Below, piece after piece: positions 59,602 to 64,000 of a DNA stretch of 64,000 nucleotides. Made by a program: the position numbers and the translations under genes. The stretch covers positions 25,817 to 89,816 of the forward strand of contig SVAL01000004.1 of assembly GCA_015059405.1 (NCBI GenBank). Direction: 5' to 3'. The notes beneath the pieces were generated by a model. The model saw nothing but the letters and a program-made list of their open reading frames with translations, was not told where the DNA came from and ran no database searches. How positions within the stretch are numbered: the stretch's first letter is position 1; every line of letters begins with the position of its first letter. This DNA is from Bacillota bacterium (lineage in GTDB: Bacteria > Bacillota_I > Bacilli_A > RF39 > UBA660).

Positions 59602-59630
59602 ATTTTAGCAACCAAATGATTGCATGTCAA
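59602..59630 (-). promoter_or_regulatory. Sigma-A-type promoter of pilin paralogue 2
   Basis: Minus strand reads TTGACA (59625-59630), a 17-nt spacer, then TAAAAT (59602-59607). There is no homopolymer in the spacer. Confidence 0.55.
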
Positions 59631-59673
59631 TCAATTCAATTAATTGCTAGGTACAATCATTTTAGGTGATAAT

Positions 59674-59892
59674 ATGTATTTAAAAAGACTTAAAAATCTT
59701 CGTGAAGATCATGATAAAACCCAACAAGAAATTGCAGATTATTTAGGTATTAAAAGACAACAATATGGTCTTTATGAAACAGGAATCAGAACTATTCCTA
59801 TTGATTTATTAATAGAACTAGCAGATTATTATGAAACATCTTTAGATTATATTTGTGAAAGAATAAATACAACTGATATTTATAATAGATAA
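59674..59892 (+). CDS. XRE-family (Cro/C1-type) HTH regulator
   Basis: LKRLKNLREDHDKTQQEIADYLGIKRQQYGLYETGIRTIPIDLLIELADYY. Start trimmed to the ATG at 59674, because the track ORF begins at a TTG. Confidence 0.8.
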   Translation: MYLKRLKNLREDHDKTQQEIADYLGIKRQQYGLYETGIRTIPIDLLIELADYYETSLDYICERINTTDIYNR

Positions 59893-59918
59893 TTAAAAAA
59901 GACTTATAAAAAGTCTTT

Positions 59919-61148
59919 TTATCTTGGTATTTTTAAATTTTGTCCAATACTTAAATTATTACTTGTTAGATTATTTAATCTTTTTATCTCATCAACTGTT
60001 GTATTATATTTTCTTGCTATTGCGTATAAACTATCCCCACTTACTACTATATAATTTATATAATTATTATTATTTGTTGTACTTGGTATCTTTAATACTT
60101 GTCCTATAGAAAGATTATTATTTATCAAATTATTTAGTCTTTTTATTTCATCTACTGTTGTATTATACTTTCTTGCTATACTATATAAACTATCTCCACT
60201 TACTACTACATAATTTATATTAGTATTAATATTTTCATTATTAGTTATACCTGATATTTTTAATACTTGACCTATACTTAAAGTATTATTTATTAAATTA
60301 TTTATTTTTTTTATTTCATCAACTGTTGTATTATATTTTCTTGCTATCGCATATAAACTATCTCCACTTCTTACTGTATATAAAAAATAATTATCTCCAC
60401 TACCACTACTACTTCCTTCTTCACTTTCTGAAGAACTTGGTATTTTAAGTAACTGACCTATTGTTAAATTATTACTTGTTAAGTTATTTATTTGTTTTAA
60501 AATATCCACACTAGTATTAAACTTTCTCGCAATACTATATAAAGTATCACCACTTACCACTGTATAATATCCACTATCAACATATTCTCCTCCAGTATAA
60601 ATAATAATTGCTTTAACTACTGCTTCTGCCATCTCTTGCCATCTATTTTTTATATCATTACTATCATTTATATCATTAACATTACCATATCTAATAATTA
60701 TTGTTTCATTATCTTCACTATCTCTTATAATTGGATAATAATCTAAAGAAGGATCATCATCATCTCTTAACTGATAAAAATCATTTATATTAAATCCATC
60801 ATCACTTAAAAAGTTAACAATGTTTTCAGCTAAATAATCTTCATCTCTTAAAGCATAAATAACATCTACTCCATTAGTTCTATCATTTTTTAATCTATTA
60901 GAAATAACTATAACATCACTACTAGTCCCAAACTCATCTTGAATAAGTTTTATTCTTTCTTCATCACTTAAATTATAATCCCCAGTTCTTGTTAAATATG
61001 CTTTTATTCCCTTTTCATTTAATCTATTATAAATATAATTAGATATTAATAAACTATAATCTTTTTCAACTATACCATTACCACTAACACCACTATTATT
61101 CCCACCACCATAAGCATCTATAACTATATATTTAATAATAATCACCAA
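59919..61148 (-). CDS. Amidase_3-like domain with substituted catalytic residues plus four LysM repeats (probable pseudo-amidase)
   Basis: It aligns by eye to the 40075-41466 product, but DAGHGG becomes DAYGGG, SNHINAG becomes SNRLKND and IEYGF becomes IRYGN. Only the first Glu (VEKD) is kept. The start codon is uncertain (TTG 61148 or GTG 61145) and no clear SD is present. Confidence 0.7.
   Translation of the reverse strand: MVIIIKYIVIDAYGGGNNSGVSGNGIVEKDYSLLISNYIYNRLNEKGIKAYLTRTGDYNLSDEERIKLIQDEFGTSSDVIVISNRLKNDRTNGVDVIYALRDEDYLAENIVNFLSDDGFNINDFYQLRDDDDPSLDYYPIIRDSEDNETIIIRYGNVNDINDSNDIKNRWQEMAEAVVKAIIIYTGGEYVDSGYYTVVSGDTLYSIARKFNTSVDILKQINNLTSNNLTIGQLLKIPSSSESEEGSSSGSGDNYFLYTVRSGDSLYAIARKYNTTVDEIKKINNLINNTLSIGQVLKISGITNNENINTNINYVVVSGDSLYSIARKYNTTVDEIKRLNNLINNNLSIGQVLKIPSTTNNNNYINYIVVSGDSLYAIARKYNTTVDEIKRLNNLTSNNLSIGQNLKIPR
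59922..60569 (-). repeat. Four tandem LysM-coding repeats (units 2-4 nearly identical)
   Basis: Repeated ...SGDSLYAIARKYNTTVDEIK(R/K)(L/I)NNL..NNLSIGQ.LKIP, with highly similar DNA. Confidence 0.85.
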
Positions 61149-61247
61149 TAAATTATATGAATAACTTTACAATTAATACAAACTATAAATATATATTTAT
61201 GTAATACTTCTATAAAAAATGTTATAATATTATTGATAGGAGGCAAA

Positions 61248-61883
61248 ATGAAAAATCAATTTTTATCAAAAGTATTCTTATGGCTAGGTATTGGTCTATT
61301 TGTATCTTTTGGATTAGGATATGCAATTACATTAGATGTAGACTTACTATTTACTTTAATAGATAACTTTACTATTATTACAATATTAGAAATTGTCATC
61401 GCAATAGTATTCTCTCTTATGTTAAATAAATTATCTGATACCGTAGCTAAAATATTATATTTAGTATATTCTGCTTTAACTGGAGTTACATTTTCTGTAA
61501 TATTTATGGCATTTGAAATGAGTTCTATACTATGGGTATTACTCGCAACAGCTATAATATTTGGAGTATTTGCACTTATTGGTTCAAAACTAAAAATAGA
61601 TTTATCTGGATTTGGTACATTCCTACTAATCGCATTATTTGGTATGATCATATTATCTTTAATTAATATGTTTGTATTAGATGCTGCTCTAGATATGACA
61701 ATTTGTTTTGTATCAATCTTAATATTCTCAGGATTTATTACATACGATATTAATAGAATACTAAAATTAAGTAAATTTCAAATCGAAGAAAAATATGCAG
61801 TATTTTGGGCATTCCAACTATACTTAGATATTATTAACATCATTCTAGATTTATTAAGTCTAGGTGGAAAAAGAAAAGATTAA
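61248..61883 (+). CDS. BAX inhibitor-1/YccA (Bax1-I) family membrane protein
   Basis: FLSKVFLWLGIGLFVSFGLGY N-terminus, 7 TM helices, and a conserved C-terminal ...LYLDIINIILDLL. ATG at 61248 with AGGAGG upstream. Confidence 0.8.
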   Translation: MKNQFLSKVFLWLGIGLFVSFGLGYAITLDVDLLFTLIDNFTIITILEIVIAIVFSLMLNKLSDTVAKILYLVYSALTGVTFSVIFMAFEMSSILWVLLATAIIFGVFALIGSKLKIDLSGFGTFLLIALFGMIILSLINMFVLDAALDMTICFVSILIFSGFITYDINRILKLSKFQIEEKYAVFWAFQLYLDIINIILDLLSLGGKRKD

Positions 61884-61902
61884 TCCAAATAAAAATAGTA
61901 CA

Positions 61903-62145
61903 TTAAGTACTATTTTTTTTATTTTTTTTATTTATTTTTTTAGGTACTGGATCATATCCAAAAGTTCCCCATGGATTACAACGACTAATTCTTTTTATAC
62001 CTAACCATACTCCATCTATACAACCATGTCTTTCTATTGCTTCAATCATATAATTAGAACAACTTGGTTTGTGTCTACATGAATTATGCCAAGGACCAGG
62101 TATTCTTTGATAAATTCTAATTAAAAAGATTAATACTTTTTTCAT
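61903..62145 (-). CDS. yidD: Membrane protein insertion efficiency factor YidD
   Basis: LIRIYQRI....CRHKPSCSNYMIEAIERHG...G..LGIKRISRCNPW...GYDPVP. Confidence 0.9.
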   Translation of the reverse strand: MKKVLIFLIRIYQRIPGPWHNSCRHKPSCSNYMIEAIERHGCIDGVWLGIKRISRCNPWGTFGYDPVPKKINKKNKKNST

Positions 62146-63041
62146 TATAATTTCTTTTGAAACTTACCATCTATTAAAACTCCATGAGTCTTAACCATAA
62201 AAGCATTTTTATCTAAACTAGGTAAATTTCTTTCTAGTCTTTGTAATTCAAACTTTGATAATACTAGATATGTTATATATGTCTTAGTATCTTTATACTC
62301 TCCATTTGCTTCCCAAGTAGTAGCTCCTCTATCCAAATCTTTTTGAACAAAATCTACTATTTTATCCGGTTTCTTCTTAGTAAATATTATCGCTGTAGAG
62401 CATATATTTTGTTCGTGAGTCTTATCAACCATAAACATAGCAAAAACAGAAAATAATATTGAATATATCATTGTACCTAAACCATACGTAACTCCACAGA
62501 TAATATAAATAACTCCATTAAATAAAAGTCCAAATTTACCAACAGAAAAATTTCTGTTTCTTTGACTTATCGCAATTCCAATAATATCAGTACCACCAGT
62601 AGATGCACCTGCTGATAAAGCCATACCAGTACCTACTCCTGCTAAGATTCCCCCTATTAATACAGAAGTAAGTAAATCACTAACTACTGGAGCATTCAAA
62701 GTTGGAATAAATGTTAAAAACAAAGTTTGTATTGTAACACATAGCAAAGTTCTTGAAAAAAATGTCTTTCCTATATATTTATAAGCAAGAATAAATAAAG
62801 GTACATTAATTAAAAAGTTTAACATCCCAGCAATATCAAAATTAATATTAAGATTTAAAGTATCCACAAGCGCAGTTCTAATTAACTGAGCAAGACCAAG
62901 TATTCCTCCATTATATAATCCCATTGGAATAATAAAAATATTTAAAGAAAAACAAAATATAAATATTCCAAGTATTGCTCTAAATAATTGATAAAAATTC
63001 CATTTAAATATATTATTAAAAGTATCATCAAATTTACTCAT
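62145..63041 (-). CDS. YitT family (DUF161/DUF2179) membrane protein
   Basis: About 5 TM helices with GG-rich loops (GASTGGTDIIG), and a C-terminal DUF2179-like soluble domain (RGATTWEANGEY...). Confidence 0.8.
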   Translation of the reverse strand: MSKFDDTFNNIFKWNFYQLFRAILGIFIFCFSLNIFIIPMGLYNGGILGLAQLIRTALVDTLNLNINFDIAGMLNFLINVPLFILAYKYIGKTFFSRTLLCVTIQTLFLTFIPTLNAPVVSDLLTSVLIGGILAGVGTGMALSAGASTGGTDIIGIAISQRNRNFSVGKFGLLFNGVIYIICGVTYGLGTMIYSILFSVFAMFMVDKTHEQNICSTAIIFTKKKPDKIVDFVQKDLDRGATTWEANGEYKDTKTYITYLVLSKFELQRLERNLPSLDKNAFMVKTHGVLIDGKFQKKL

Positions 63042-63118
63042 AATTCACCTCATTGCATATTTATTGTAACATAAAAAAACACTCTTAATAACAAAATATA
63101 TTAAAAGTGTACTTTATC

Positions 63119-63337
63119 TTATGTATTATCTGAATTAGGTTCTAATATTACTAAATCATCTTCTTCAGAAAGTACTAATAATCTAAGTTTTTCCATTTCA
63201 TCGTATACATTATTTAAATACTCACAAAACTTTTGAGTAACATATACATCTCCATAACTATCAAAATAATCAATATTATTTTTAACCTTCTTCATAGCAT
63301 CATCTATATTAGCTCTATAACGTGTAATCTTATTCAT
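63119..63337 (-). CDS. Hypothetical small protein
   Basis: Start trimmed to MNKITRY (ATG 63335-63337, AGGTGA upstream). 8-nt overlap with the upstream ORF. Confidence 0.45.
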   Translation of the reverse strand: MNKITRYRANIDDAMKKVKNNIDYFDSYGDVYVTQKFCEYLNNVYDEMEKLRLLVLSEEDDLVILEPNSDNT

Positions 63338-63944
63338 CTTTATCACCTTCTGCTACTTCAGATTTCTTTTTCTTAGATTTTTTATCTTTCTTTTCAGACT
63401 TTTTATTATCTTCTTCAGTTATTTCTTCTTCTTTAGAATCTTCTTTTTTCTCTTCAGTCTTTTCATTAACTTTTTCTTCTTCTTTTACTTCTGCTTTACT
63501 TTCTTCTTTAGTTTCAACTACTTCTTTTTCTTCTTGTTTTTCTACTGGTTTATCATCTTTTGGTTTTTCTTCGCTTTCAACTTTTTCTTCTACTACTTCT
63601 TTAGTTTCTTCAACAGGAGTTTCTTCTTCTACTTCTTCTACAATACCATTTTCTTCTTTATATTTTTCCCAGTCTACAAAAATAGTTTCAAATAAAGCTT
63701 CAATCTTTGATACATTTTCTTTTATAACTCTATTAGATTCTTCTAATTGCATCATAAAATCACTAACCCATTGATCAGTATTTTCATCTTTTGCTTTAAC
63801 AGCATCAATCATTTCTTGATATTCATTTATTTTATTTAAACCTTCTTCTATCGTAGCATTTTTAATATCCGCTAAAAGTTGTTCAAATCCCTTTTTTGAT
63901 ACACCTCTTGCTAGTACATAAGCAGGAATATTCTTTCTTTGCAT
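63330..63944 (-). CDS. Hypothetical protein with a helical N-domain and a long E/K-rich low-complexity tail
   Basis: 204 aa. The first roughly 100 aa are ordered-looking. The remainder is (E/K/V/T)-rich. Confidence 0.5.
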   Translation of the reverse strand: MQRKNIPAYVLARGVSKKGFEQLLADIKNATIEEGLNKINEYQEMIDAVKAKDENTDQWVSDFMMQLEESNRVIKENVSKIEALFETIFVDWEKYKEENGIVEEVEEETPVEETKEVVEEKVESEEKPKDDKPVEKQEEKEVVETKEESKAEVKEEEKVNEKTEEKKEDSKEEEITEEDNKKSEKKDKKSKKKKSEVAEGDKDE

Positions 63945-64000
63945 AAACTAACCCCATTTCCTAGTATCTTATTCTCCATCATAAATATATCACTTTATTG

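Noticed and set aside
59614-59633. Short inverted repeat TGATTG-N5-CAATCA overlapping the -35 of the pilin-2 promoter, considered as an operator for the adjacent XRE regulator.
   Set aside because: The arms are only 6 bp in an AT-rich intergenic region. Extension to 8 bp needs an indel. This is too weak to call without comparative data.
63350-63650. Highly repetitive GAA/AAA/GAAGAA-rich DNA that superficially looks like a tandem or spacer-type repeat array.
   Set aside because: It is in frame within the 204-aa ORF and simply encodes an E/K-rich low-complexity tail. There is no regular repeat-spacer periodicity, so it is not a CRISPR array.
1-64000. Mobile-element boundaries, integrases, transposases, tRNA/rRNA genes and CRISPR arrays, searched for especially around the plus-strand cassette and the TraG-like gene.
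   Set aside because: I recognised no recombinase-like ORF, no flanking direct or inverted repeats, and no cloverleaf-like or rRNA-like GC-rich stretches in any intergenic region. Intergenic gaps are short and are explained by promoters and terminators.

Overview
This 64 kb window is a very AT-rich chromosomal segment, well under one-third GC by eye, from an endospore-forming low-GC Firmicute. The spore markers are spoIVA, spoVIF, an alpha/beta SASP, a DUF421/YetF-like protein and Amidase_3-LysM proteins. The gene content and the pilin-like proteins are compatible with Erysipelotrichia or Clostridia, but I cannot assign a taxon from sequence alone. Coding density is high and almost every gene is on the minus strand. 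Recognisable housekeeping genes are cca, hup, der, engB/ysxC, nrnA, ackA, thiI, ltaS, gatCAB, fhs, metK behind a SAM-I riboswitch, yidD and a COG0523 GTPase. I found no rRNA, tRNA, CRISPR array, transposase or integrase.

The best candidate for an undescribed system is a head-on plus-strand cassette of four translationally coupled genes at 33822-37754. It encodes a 576-aa helical protein with a C-terminal two-helix membrane hairpin, two small proteins, and a Ycf46-like two-domain AAA+ ATPase. It has its own promoter-like element and terminator.

Other notable observations:
- A G9 homopolymer sits exactly in the 16-nt spacer of a TTGACA/TATGAT promoter driving a large prepilin-type protein. A paralogue 45 kb away shares the N-terminal module but has a different C-terminal domain and a tract-free promoter.
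- An Amidase_3-LysM paralogue has lost three of its four catalytic or zinc residues.
- A soluble TraG/VirD4-like ATPase sits alone among core genes.
- A SipW-type signal peptidase is fused to a polytopic membrane domain, in a TasA-like operon.
- An HTH domain is fused to an ABC ATPase.
- A GGDEF protein has a degenerate active site.
- A three-gene operon of unknown function includes a protein with a Cys-His-Asp pattern.

All family assignments come from motif recognition by eye. No database search was run.
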